IMG/VR virus record: IMGVR_UViG_3300032030_002667
Length of the DNA: 64,000 nt
Source: an uncultured virus (IMG/VR IMGVR_UViG_3300032030_002667)
Taxonomy: Duplodnaviria; Heunggongvirae; Uroviricota; Caudoviricetes
Direction: 5' to 3' (one strand)
The notes beneath the pieces were generated by a model that had not been told where the DNA came from, ran no database searches, and saw nothing but the letters and a program-made list of their open reading frames with translations. Each line of letters opens with the position of its first letter. The stretch's first letter is position 1. Of this stretch, positions 40,713 to 49,471 are shown in pieces. The position numbers and the translations under genes were made by a program.

Positions 40713-41099
40713 TTAATTGTCCTTAATGGTATTTGAATTCTGATTGTATGCCTTGGCTACACACTTCCACTGGCCGTCTATCTTCAGCAGGAGCAAAACA
40801 TCGGTAAAGTCGATGGTGCCGCCCCAGCCTTCTTCCAATACGCGAACTACGGCTAATGTCTCTTCAAGTTCCAAAACATCGATGCGGGTCTTGAACTGCT
40901 CGCCTGCACCAACAGTATCTACATTGTGATAGAACTGCTCGATGCTGCCACGCTCGAACTTGCCGTTAAGGAATCCAAACAGACAGGCATCTTCGGTAAA
41001 CAGTTCCTTGGCATACTTGCTGTTACCCTCGGCTACGCTCTTTGTAAACTTGCTGGCTGCCTCTACTACTGCGTTGTAATCTTCAATCTTGCTTCTCAT
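40713..41099 (-). CDS. NTF2-like (lumazine-binding/SnoaL) protein, moron
   Basis: ELFTEDACLFG...FTDVLLLLKIDGQWKCVAK; own minus-strand TACCTTTG promoter near 41142-41149. Confidence 0.8.
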   Translation of the reverse strand: MRSKIEDYNAVVEAASKFTKSVAEGNSKYAKELFTEDACLFGFLNGKFERGSIEQFYHNVDTVGAGEQFKTRIDVLELEETLAVVRVLEEGWGGTIDFTDVLLLLKIDGQWKCVAKAYNQNSNTIKDN

Positions 41100-41180
41100 T
41101 GTTTCTTGTGATTTTTAATAGTTGTTTGTACTTTACGATTGCAAAGGTACAAAATTATTTTGAGTTTTCTGCATTTTTCT

Positions 41181-41215
41181 GTCTTTTCGTGCGTCATTTT
41201 GTATCCGTACCTTTG
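41181..41215 (+). promoter_or_regulatory. Element-specific promoter GTCTTT-N21-TAnnTTTG
   Basis: GTCTTT at 41181, TACCTTTG at 41208. Confidence 0.75.
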
Positions 41216-41231
41216 CAGAAAACTTTTAGCT

Positions 41232-41930
41232 ATGGAATATATCTCTAAAGTTGTCGAACTGATTTCGGCTTTCCGTTCCGAGACAAGGCAGGATGCTATC
41301 ACCCCTGACTCGCTCGGCTCTCTGCTCCTGCGGATGATTAATGCGCTGCGCTATCTATGGAGCTCTTCTACACATCCTTTCTATCATATTCAATGTGATA
41401 CGAAGAATGGACGTCTTATCGTCAAACACCCTACTGACTTGATGCAGAAGGGATATGTGCCTTACCTCCTGCGGTACTCGAAGAAGAAACCTCGGTACCG
41501 CGACATCGAGGACAGGCACACACGCTCGTACGGACCCGTTATGCGAGGTTGGCATCTCTTCTATGATGAGAAGAAGCTGCAGATGGCACCTAATGGGGTC
41601 GTATATATAGGAAAGAATGTCGGGACTGACAAGAATCCTGAATGGGTGTATGAGGAGAACTGCCGAAATCTGTTCGGGAATATCCGTGAGGCTACGGAGG
41701 AAGGCGGTATTATCTACAAGGTGGGATTCGGGAGCCGGGTGTATCGCATCAAGAGCAATCACCGCTTCCGCTTCGGGGTGGTGTTCGGACCGCCGCTGCC
41801 CGAGAAGGGCAACCGCTCGCTGAAGTTCGCTGAGTGCGTCACGAACATTGCGGAGTTCTATGTGAACTTCCACAAGAGATCGGTTCGGGAAGATGGGGAT
41901 GAAGGGTACAAGATATCGTACTCCATATAA
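41232..41930 (+). CDS. Hypothetical phage protein
   Basis: ATG 41232 downstream of the promoter; MEYISKVVELISAFRSETRQDAITPDSLG. Confidence 0.7.
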   Translation: MEYISKVVELISAFRSETRQDAITPDSLGSLLLRMINALRYLWSSSTHPFYHIQCDTKNGRLIVKHPTDLMQKGYVPYLLRYSKKKPRYRDIEDRHTRSYGPVMRGWHLFYDEKKLQMAPNGVVYIGKNVGTDKNPEWVYEENCRNLFGNIREATEEGGIIYKVGFGSRVYRIKSNHRFRFGVVFGPPLPEKGNRSLKFAECVTNIAEFYVNFHKRSVREDGDEGYKISYSI

Positions 41931-41937
41931 TCTATAT

Positions 41938-42034
41938 AAAAAGTGTGAGCAGCACAAAGGCCGCTCATCATACATAAAGGAGTTGGCATACGCCAAACGA
42001 CTGTCAGAAGTGAGCCTTGTCTCGCTCCACTTCT
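41938..42034 (-). ncRNA. Putative ~97-nt small RNA divergent from the portal gene
   Basis: Minus-strand element-specific promoter, three hairpins, the last followed by a U-run. Confidence 0.55.
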
Positions 42035-42038
42035 GGTG

Positions 42039-42073
42039 CAAAGGTACAACAATAGTTCAAAATAGCAAAAGAC
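42039..42073 (-). promoter_or_regulatory. Element-specific promoter GTCTTT-N21-TAnnTTTG, minus strand
   Basis: AAAGAC at 42068-42073 and CAAAGGTA at 42039-42046; same 27-nt offset. Confidence 0.7.
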
Positions 42074-42086
42074 ACTTGTTTTTCGT

Positions 42087-43421
42087 ATGAAAAAGAAACG
42101 TTTTCAACATAGCATTTGCTTCTCTTCTGTGGAGGATATGCCGGAGGCGAAAGGCTCGGTGGCATTCATTACGGACAGCGCAAAGGTGTTCAAGGATGAC
42201 ATCGATATCGCACCCATTACGCTGACCGATGGCACGCAGTATGTGCCTTGGGGTGGCGATAATATGATGCCGTACAATATCCTCAGCATGATTGAGAAGG
42301 ATGAGACACTCGCCACTTGTCAGATGTTCAATGCGGAGGTGTGCTATGGCTCCGGCCTGGTATATAACACCGATGGGTGCTCTGCGTCTGTCAAGGAGGA
42401 GGTGGAGGACTTCCTGCTTACCAATTCGCTGCCGTCCTACTTCCTCGGGGTCTGTCAGGACTTCAAACACTTCGGTTGGTGTGTCTCGGTCATCATCCTG
42501 GACAATGAGGGGAAGCGCATCGTACGGCTCTACCGAAAGGAGGTGTGCTACTGCCGCTTCTCTCCGGCGAAATCGGATGGGCGCATTGAGTATGTGCTGT
42601 ATGCCAACTGGAACAAGTCCCTGGCATCCATCAAGGAGGTGGAGAAGATTCCGCTGCTTTCGTTCGACAACCCGTGGGGCGATCTGCAGCAGCGGATGCA
42701 GAAGAAGTCGTCTGCCAGGAAGTTCGCGGTGGTCTGCCGTGTGCCGACACCGGACAGCACGTATTATCCTATCCCTTATTACGCTGCGCTCTTCAAGGGG
42801 AATTGGTACAACATCAAGCAGCTTATCGGGATGGCGAAGGAGGCGAAGCTGAAGAACTCGGCTCCACTCAAATACCACATCGAGGTGTCTCAACGCTACT
42901 GGGAGGGCATCTTCAAGCGTGAGCGCATCACGGACATCAAGAAGCAGCAGGACAGGGTCGTCAAGGAGAAGCAGCTTATCATTGACTTCCTGACGGGTGC
43001 CGAGAACAGCGGCAAGGCGCTCTTCTCCACGTTCTACATCTCTCCGAACGGCGAGGAACAGCATGATGTGGTCATCAATCGGATTGATGAGAGCAAGGAG
43101 GGCGGCGATTGGTCCACCGACATACAAGAGGCTGTCAATATGGTCTGCTTCACCATGCGCGTTCACTCCAACCTCGTCGGCTCTGTGCCGGGAAAGTCGC
43201 AGTCTAACAACAGCGGGTCTGACAAGCGTGAACTCTATACCATTGCTCAGGCGCTTCAAAAGCCGTATCACGATTTGCTCTTTACCGTGCATCGCATCAT
43301 CATGAAATTCAATCAGTGGAAACATGCTTACCCGGAATGCCCGTTCATTCAACTGACTACCCTGGACGAGAACAGGGATGCAAAACAGGTAACACCAGAT
43401 GCGCCTCCTAATGATGATTAG
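42087..43421 (+). CDS. Portal protein (putative)
   Basis: 444 aa; YVPWGGDNMMP, DFKHFGW, YYPIPYY, LTGAENSGK, typical of Bacteroidetes phage portals. Confidence 0.75.
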   Translation: MKKKRFQHSICFSSVEDMPEAKGSVAFITDSAKVFKDDIDIAPITLTDGTQYVPWGGDNMMPYNILSMIEKDETLATCQMFNAEVCYGSGLVYNTDGCSASVKEEVEDFLLTNSLPSYFLGVCQDFKHFGWCVSVIILDNEGKRIVRLYRKEVCYCRFSPAKSDGRIEYVLYANWNKSLASIKEVEKIPLLSFDNPWGDLQQRMQKKSSARKFAVVCRVPTPDSTYYPIPYYAALFKGNWYNIKQLIGMAKEAKLKNSAPLKYHIEVSQRYWEGIFKRERITDIKKQQDRVVKEKQLIIDFLTGAENSGKALFSTFYISPNGEEQHDVVINRIDESKEGGDWSTDIQEAVNMVCFTMRVHSNLVGSVPGKSQSNNSGSDKRELYTIAQALQKPYHDLLFTVHRIIMKFNQWKHAYPECPFIQLTTLDENRDAKQVTPDAPPNDD

Positions 43422-43541
43422 GGGGCGTTTTGCATCTATGTTCTCGCCTCTGACAGCTACGCATTCTCTACTCTTCCTTCTTACTTCTTCCATCTTACAT
43501 CTGCTTTTGTCATCGTCTCTCCATTCCTCCAGCTCCACGAC

Positions 43542-43739
43542 AATCTTTTATTTACTTTTTCCTCACAAAGGTAGCTCGGCGGCTCCAGTCAAGGGTTTCC
43601 AGATATTTTTCTAAAGAAAGATGATTCCCTTCGGCGTCGGAGCTGCCACTTTCTTTGAATAATAGCCGGACATCCTTCCTTGACAACAGGGCCTTTCCCC
43701 GTTGACGCTCTTCGTTGTTCGTAAAAAATAAATAAGATT
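43542..43739. promoter_or_regulatory. Long fold-back B, candidate ssDNA (Frpo-type) promoter
   Basis: AATCTT..TATTTA/TAAATAAGATT, TCGGCGG/CCGTTGA, GTCAAGG/CCTTGAC, AAAGAAAG/CTTTCTTT; CAAAGGTA at 43566. Confidence 0.7.
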
Positions 43740-43767
43740 TATGTTTCACTTACAAAATTACAAAACA

Positions 43768-44724
43768 ATGAAAGCAAATGTTCAGATTTCCGCAGTGAAG
43801 AAAGAGTTCAAGAATGGTCAGCACGGCTGGCAGGTGTTTGTCGAAGGCATGGAGGGTAAGCTCCGCTGTGAAATGAATTTCCGCGATGCGCTTCGTGCAA
43901 TTCGGTACAGTTTCCTTCTCGCTAAGAAGTTGAATCTCCGAATCAATGAAGTACAGCTTGCAGCGCTCTCGCTCGATTACAAGCAGAGCAAGTCAGCTGT
44001 CGAGCAGGCACAGGTCGCAGAGGTGGCTACAGAGGTAGCGCAGGAAGTGGCCGCTGAAGCAGAACAAGGTGAGCCTTCCGATGAAAAGTCGGAGGCCGCC
44101 CATGAGTTCGTCTGCTGCTCAAAGATGCAGAAGTTCCGTCAGGAACATCCTGATGCTGTTGTCATCGGTCGTAAGGGTTCTGTCTGCGAACAGTTCGGAG
44201 AAGATGCTAAGGCTTGCGCTGAAGCTCTCAATAACACTCCAGAAATCCTGTGTGATGACACACTGTATTTCGTCTTCGATATTGAATATCTTGATGAGTG
44301 CATCCAGAAGCTTGTCGCCAGTGGCAAGAAGGTCTGCCTCTGGGACATCTTCAAAGGTGATGATGATTTGGAAGAGTTCAAAGCTATGGTAGAAGCCGAG
44401 ATAGCTCGCAACAAACAAGCTAATTCACCTCTCTTCAAACAGTTTGTCGAGTTAAAGAAGAATCACCCAGATGCACTTCTTCTTTTCCGTAGCGGTGATG
44501 TTTACAAGTGCTACGAAGAAGATGCTATCAAAGCTGCTGAGGTGCTTTGTCTCACTGACATTGTCGAAGAAGACAAAATCACTATCGCAAGCTTCCCGCA
44601 CCACAGTTTAGATACTTATTTGCCACGTCTAATTAGACATGGAATCCGAGTTGCCATCTGTGATCAGCTCGAAGCTCCGAAGCCTAAGAAGCAGGCTCAG
44701 TTGGAATTGTTCGCCAATGTGTGA
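43768..44724 (+). CDS. Protein with two MutS domain I-like repeats
   Basis: LKKNHPDALLLFRSGDVYKCYEEDA...FPHHSLDTYLPRLIRHGIRVAICDQ and a degenerate earlier copy FRQEHPDAVVIGRKG...KLVASGKKVCLWD. Confidence 0.8.
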   Translation: MKANVQISAVKKEFKNGQHGWQVFVEGMEGKLRCEMNFRDALRAIRYSFLLAKKLNLRINEVQLAALSLDYKQSKSAVEQAQVAEVATEVAQEVAAEAEQGEPSDEKSEAAHEFVCCSKMQKFRQEHPDAVVIGRKGSVCEQFGEDAKACAEALNNTPEILCDDTLYFVFDIEYLDECIQKLVASGKKVCLWDIFKGDDDLEEFKAMVEAEIARNKQANSPLFKQFVELKKNHPDALLLFRSGDVYKCYEEDAIKAAEVLCLTDIVEEDKITIASFPHHSLDTYLPRLIRHGIRVAICDQLEAPKPKKQAQLELFANV

Positions 44725-44923
44725 ACAATTCCTTTTCATTACGAACTCACGGCTCATCCGTGAGTTTTTTTGTGTTCGGCTTTGTGGTTTCATAATTTTG
44801 TCGTACCTTTGCAGCAGCATCAAGAGCAGGAGCCTTAGGCTCACTCACCAACCGAGCATAGGATGCCACGGTGGTCAAGGTACGATGCGGAAGAATTATA
44901 TTAACTTCAAAATTATCCTAATT

Positions 44924-45187
44924 ATGAAAGAACATCTTTCCAATCCCGATTTTGCGACTCCTGTTGAGTTTGCTTCTATCCAAGACATCGTAGATAAGCT
45001 GAATTATTCCGTGGGAAACCCCGGATGGTCTTCAGCACGTGCAGCTCATGACATGATGCTCGTTGACATCCTTATAAAAATGGGTGTTGACGTGTCTGAA
45101 ATTAAAAAGGGAAACACGGTTTCCTTCATGCATAAGATCGCTTATGACAAAGAACATAATAAATTGGTGATAGCCGCAGGGAAGTAA
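44924..45187 (+). CDS. Small hypothetical protein, stand-alone transcription unit
   Basis: TACCTTTG at 44804, ATG 44924, terminator near 45212-45256. Confidence 0.65.
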   Translation: MKEHLSNPDFATPVEFASIQDIVDKLNYSVGNPGWSSARAAHDMMLVDILIKMGVDVSEIKKGNTVSFMHKIAYDKEHNKLVIAAGK

Positions 45188-45332
45188 CCCTTCTGCCTAT
45201 CACTGCATCTGAAGCCTTTTCCTGTCGTCTGCTCTTGACGGGGAAAGGCTTTTCTTTTGCTTTTTGAGGAAAATGGCACCGCTCATTTCAAAAATTGTCG
45301 TACCTTTGCAGCGGTTTTAAGGATAACATATT

Positions 45333-45734
45333 ATGAATACGAAAATCATTCTCGCAGTCGTTCTCGCTATTATTGTTGTAACAGCTTGGGCTGTGAATGC
45401 TCATCGTAATAAAGGGTTCAAGACTGTCTCTTCTGAAGAGTTCGCGCAAATCATCGGCGACACGGCCACAGTGCAACTGCTGGACGTGCGCACGAAAGAG
45501 GAATATGAGGAGGGTCATATTGCTGATGCTTTGCTCGTAGATTTCTATTCCTATAACTTCGAGGAGCAGGCGACCGCCAAGCTCTCGAAAGAAAAGGCTG
45601 CGGCTGTCTATTGTCGCAGTGGCCGTCGCAGCGCATCGGCTGCTCAGAAGTTGGTTAAGCTGGGATACGAGGTCATCAATCTTGATGGCGGCATCTTGGC
45701 TTGGCAACGCGCTAAGATGCCCATCGCGAGGTAG
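45333..45734 (+). CDS. Rhodanese-domain protein, moron
   Basis: LLDVRTKEEYEEGHI, VYCRSGRRS, NLDGGILAW; N-terminal membrane anchor. Confidence 0.9.
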   Translation: MNTKIILAVVLAIIVVTAWAVNAHRNKGFKTVSSEEFAQIIGDTATVQLLDVRTKEEYEEGHIADALLVDFYSYNFEEQATAKLSKEKAAAVYCRSGRRSASAAQKLVKLGYEVINLDGGILAWQRAKMPIAR

Positions 45735-46510
45735 TCTTGTTGCATCCTCTTTCAGGTCGCTATGTTTTAGGTGCATTGTCCTTTTTTACTTGTCTGTGAG
45801 GGCTGGTAGCGCTCACTTCTGCTCCGCCTCTAATCCCTCTTCTGCTCGGACTTCCTGCTTAGGCGCGATGCTCTGTTCCGCTCCTGTGCTGCCATTTCAG
45901 CCGTGCCGGACTCACTATGCTTTCCTTTATTCACTCAGGCGATTAACGAGATACTGAGCACATCCCCATGCCACTACTTGGTAGGTTTTCCATTGCATCC
46001 TGTGCCATAGCGTCATCCCATCAGGTGCGCCTGCTTCTACCGCTCATTCTCTTTTCTGCCTTGCTTTCCTCCTTCCGTTTGTCTGGTTCGCCACCGCTCG
46101 GAATGACATCGCTCCTTCTCGCTTGTACTCTCTTCTCTGCCTTAATCCTTTTTCCCATTTGTGTCCACGCCCGTAAGGTAAGGAGGGAAACATTCCCCGC
46201 CCTTTTGCTCATTCCCTTTCTCGGCTCCACTGCTGGCACATTGCTTCACCTCCATCACTCTATATCGTCTCTCTCCAGTACACTTGTTGCTACCCTCTGT
46301 GCAGCATGATTCTATATTCATACCCATCTGCCTTTCTTCGGCAAGCTGCCTCCGTGGGCTTGCTCCGTCTGTCATGCTCTATCTTCTTCATTCTCTCATT
46401 CTTTCATTGCTTCATTCTTCAAATGCTCATGCACTTTCGCTTACCTGTGCCGCTCTTTGCCTGCTTTGTCTCGCGCGTACTTTTGTTTATTAGGTCATAC
46501 TGCTGCCTTC

Positions 46511-46713
46511 GCCTCATTTTTACTTTGCAAAGGTAGCCAAGCCCGTGCCCTGCAAGTACCATTCATCCTTCATTATTAGCGCACTTTTTTCAAAATCTTT
46601 TGGGACAAGCCTCAAAACATTTGCTTTGCCCTCTCGGTGAAATAAGTTCTCAATTCCTTGCATCTGCGCACTTTCCACTTTCGGCTCTCGTATTGCACGT
46701 AAAAATCAGAGGC
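46511..46713. promoter_or_regulatory. Long fold-back C, candidate ssDNA (Frpo-type) promoter
   Basis: GCCTC/GAGGC, ATTTTTAC/GTAAAAAT, TGCAA/TTGCA, AGCC/GGCT, GTGC/GCAC, TGCAAG/CTTGCA; CAAAGGTA at 46528. Confidence 0.72.
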
Positions 46714-46752
46714 TCAATGGCCTACAGTATTAACATTTTAATAAACAAAATT

Positions 46753-47850
46753 ATGAGTACTTACAAGACAAGAAAAGCGCAGGCTAAGAAGGCTGGCGCA
46801 GGTGCTAACAGCGAAAGCGCACAAGAGAGAGCATTGAATCTCTTCGCGGACATGATGATCGAGAAGATTGAGTCTATCATGACAGATTGGAGCAAGCCTT
46901 GGTTCACAGAGGGCATCGCTTCGTGGCCGAAGAATTTATCTGGCAGATGCTACAATGGTATGAACAGCCTCATGCTCCTGATGCACTGTGAGAAGCAAGG
47001 GTACAAGTACCCGGTGTTCTGTACATTCGACAGAGTGATGGGTCTCAATTACAACAAGACATCGGTGGGCAATGTGCCTGCAGTGGATGCCGAGGGGAAT
47101 AAGCGCCCGATGGTGTCGGTCAACAAGGGCGAGAAGAGTTTCCCTGTCTTCCTTACTTGCTTTACGGTCGTCAACAAGGACACGAATGAGAAGATTAAGT
47201 ACGAAGAGTACAAACAGATGCCTGAAAGCGAGAGGGAGCATTACAATGTCTATCCGAGCACAGTGGTTTACAATGTCTTCAACATCGATCAGACAAACAT
47301 GAAGGAGGCAAGGCCGGAGATTTACGAGAAAATCATCCTGGAGAATGGCGGGAAGAAGCAGGAGCACAAGGGAGAAATGTTCCATTTCGATGCTATGGAC
47401 AGAATGATGGAAGAAAATCTCTGGATTTGTCCTATCAAGCAGCTGCATGGGGATAGTGCTTTCTATAGCATCTCCAAGAAGTTAATCGTGCTTCCAGAGT
47501 TCTCGCAGTTCAAGGATGGTGAGTCGTTCTACGGCACGGCGTTCCATGAAATGGCGCACAGCACGGGAGCGGAGGAGCATCTGAATCGGCTGAAGCCTGC
47601 TTCTTTCGGAAGTGCCGAATACGCACAAGAGGAATTGGTGGCAGAGCTGACAAGTGCGATGGTTTGCCAGTACTGCGGTATGGACAAATACATCAAGGAG
47701 GACAGTGCGCCTTATCTCAAATCATGGCTCTCTTCACTTCAGCAGGATGCACAGTACATCAAGACAATCCTGCTCGATGTCAAGAGAGCATCGGCCATGA
47801 TTACAAAGGCAATCGAGGATTGCACCAGTCAGGCAGCACAGGCTGCTTGA
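46753..47850 (+). CDS. ardC: ArdC-family ssDNA-binding antirestriction protein with zincin-like domain
   Basis: WSKPW, PKNLSGRCYNGMN, YNVFNIDQT, AFYS, FHEMAHSTG, YAQEELVAEL, YLKSWL. Confidence 0.9.
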   Translation: MSTYKTRKAQAKKAGAGANSESAQERALNLFADMMIEKIESIMTDWSKPWFTEGIASWPKNLSGRCYNGMNSLMLLMHCEKQGYKYPVFCTFDRVMGLNYNKTSVGNVPAVDAEGNKRPMVSVNKGEKSFPVFLTCFTVVNKDTNEKIKYEEYKQMPESEREHYNVYPSTVVYNVFNIDQTNMKEARPEIYEKIILENGGKKQEHKGEMFHFDAMDRMMEENLWICPIKQLHGDSAFYSISKKLIVLPEFSQFKDGESFYGTAFHEMAHSTGAEEHLNRLKPASFGSAEYAQEELVAELTSAMVCQYCGMDKYIKEDSAPYLKSWLSSLQQDAQYIKTILLDVKRASAMITKAIEDCTSQAAQAA

Positions 47851-47899
47851 TTGGTTCCTCTCTGCTTGATAGCCTGGGCTTCGGCTCAGGCTTTTTTGT

Positions 47900-47934
47900 G
47901 TCTTTCCGTACTGAAAGGAAAAGCGGTATTTTTG
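47900..47934 (+). promoter_or_regulatory. Element-specific promoter GTCTTT-N21-TAnnTTTG
   Basis: GTCTTT at 47900, TATTTTTG at 47927, right after the ardC terminator (47871-47897). Confidence 0.75.
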
Positions 47935-47957
47935 CAGCAACCAAAAATGATTATACT

Positions 47958-48815
47958 ATGAGGCTCATCACTTCTAACGAACAGCTTAACGCACTGCTCC
48001 CGAACATTCAGGTGACAGTCACAGGGGAAACACCCTTATTTGACAAGATTTCGCCTTTTCTCGCCGCAACCGAGAAATGGCTCATTGAGACATTTACATC
48101 GGACAGGACGTTCAGCACCATTTGCGGATATACTGAGGACAATCCTACAAAGGTTCTGGCAAGGCAGATTGTCTGCTATGAGGCATTCAGGAGGGCTTTG
48201 CCACACCTGGATGTCATCCTCACGCCTAATGGGTTCGGCATAGTCAACAATCAGAACATCGTTCCGGCAAGCAAGGAGCGGATAAACCGACTCCTTGACA
48301 CGCTGCTGGAAAACCGGGACGCAGCGCTCTTGCAGTTCATTCCATTGCTCTATGCGGCTTCGCAGTGGAATAAGTCGGAACAATGTAAGTTCTTTGCCGC
48401 TACGATGTTCCCGAATATGGAGGTTACGCTGCGCCTTCCGAAACCTTCAGAAGGGCGCTGGATGCTTTACCTCGCCATTCGGGAAAAGGCTATCGTCATT
48501 GAGCAGTTCTTCGCTGCGCAGTACCTATCAGTGGAACTGATGGACGTGCTACGCTCTGAGGTACAGGCTGGACAGTACCGCTCAATGCTCCACCAAAGGA
48601 TTTGTCGCACGCTGCAGGCGGTGGAGATTCGTTGCTTGCAAAGCACCGACCCCACGGCCTGGATGCACTTCGAGCACAATGCTCTCTTTGACATCGTGAA
48701 TACCATCAAGGATAATCCGGAGGAGTTTCCTGAATGGCATAGCTCGGCGACTGCCGAACTGTACAATCCTACAATCTTCGAGAATAAAAAGGAATCCAAA
48801 GGGTTTTGGTTTTGA
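47958..48815 (+). CDS. DUF6712-like phage protein, possible head-tail adaptor
   Basis: ATG 47958; LDVILTPNGFGIV...PASKERI; C-terminal FENKKESKGFWF. Family recalled, not searched. Confidence 0.6.
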   Translation: MRLITSNEQLNALLPNIQVTVTGETPLFDKISPFLAATEKWLIETFTSDRTFSTICGYTEDNPTKVLARQIVCYEAFRRALPHLDVILTPNGFGIVNNQNIVPASKERINRLLDTLLENRDAALLQFIPLLYAASQWNKSEQCKFFAATMFPNMEVTLRLPKPSEGRWMLYLAIREKAIVIEQFFAAQYLSVELMDVLRSEVQAGQYRSMLHQRICRTLQAVEIRCLQSTDPTAWMHFEHNALFDIVNTIKDNPEEFPEWHSSATAELYNPTIFENKKESKGFWF

Positions 48816-48906
48816 AAAACTCAGCCATCTTCACAGACAGCTGAGTTTCATGATAAATCCCGATAACATTTTATTGTATCGGGATTTTATCAGGAAGAAA
48901 ACAAAG

Positions 48907-49215
48907 TTATTTTTTGTCAGGTATTCCATATTCTGGCCATCGAGCTTGCGGATAATAGCCTTTCAGAGTTTTTTTCTTTTCTTTGTAGGCTTCATTCAGA
49001 CGATTCATCACAGCATGCATATTTCTCACCTTATTGGTAAGTTCTACACGCAATTGATCCACTTCGGCATTAGCTAATAGAAGATCTTTGATACTTTGTT
49101 CCATTGCGCTGATTTCGTCATTTGTCACTCCGCCGCCTTTGCCCTGAAGGTGCTTGCGCATACCCTCTGCCAGATTGTGACTCTTCTCAATTAGTTGTTC
49201 TACTGTCTTTGGCAT
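48907..49215 (-). CDS. Small coiled-coil hypothetical protein, moron
   Basis: MPKTVEQLIEKS...WPEYGIPDKK; start placed at 49215. Confidence 0.7.
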   Translation of the reverse strand: MPKTVEQLIEKSHNLAEGMRKHLQGKGGGVTNDEISAMEQSIKDLLLANAEVDQLRVELTNKVRNMHAVMNRLNEAYKEKKKTLKGYYPQARWPEYGIPDKK

Positions 49216-49432
49216 AATACTGATAATTAAATAATTAAATGTTAATTCTGTCTTTGAGTCTGTGATGCTTAACACACTAGAACTCTAAAACATTTTCTAT
49301 ACAAAAATAGGAAAAAATGACGATTTATAGAACTATATATATGCTCATTTTTTTTGTTTTTTTAACGCTATTTGAGACATTAGACAACAAATTTTTGAAT
49401 AAAAAACGGCTCTTTTTCGGTCTCTTCATTCT

Positions 49433-49467
49433 GTCTTTTCGCGCGTCTGGCTGCTTCCGTACCTTTG
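49433..49467 (+). promoter_or_regulatory. Element-specific promoter GTCTTT-N21-TAnnTTTG (probably leaderless mRNA)
   Basis: GTCTTT at 49433, TACCTTTG at 49460, ATG 4 nt after the box. Confidence 0.75.
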
Positions 49468-49471
49468 CGGT

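Noticed and set aside
45619..46536. Several hydrophobic Leu/Ser/Phe-rich small ORFs
   Set aside because: Artefacts of the pyrimidine-rich strand; overlapping, no motifs.
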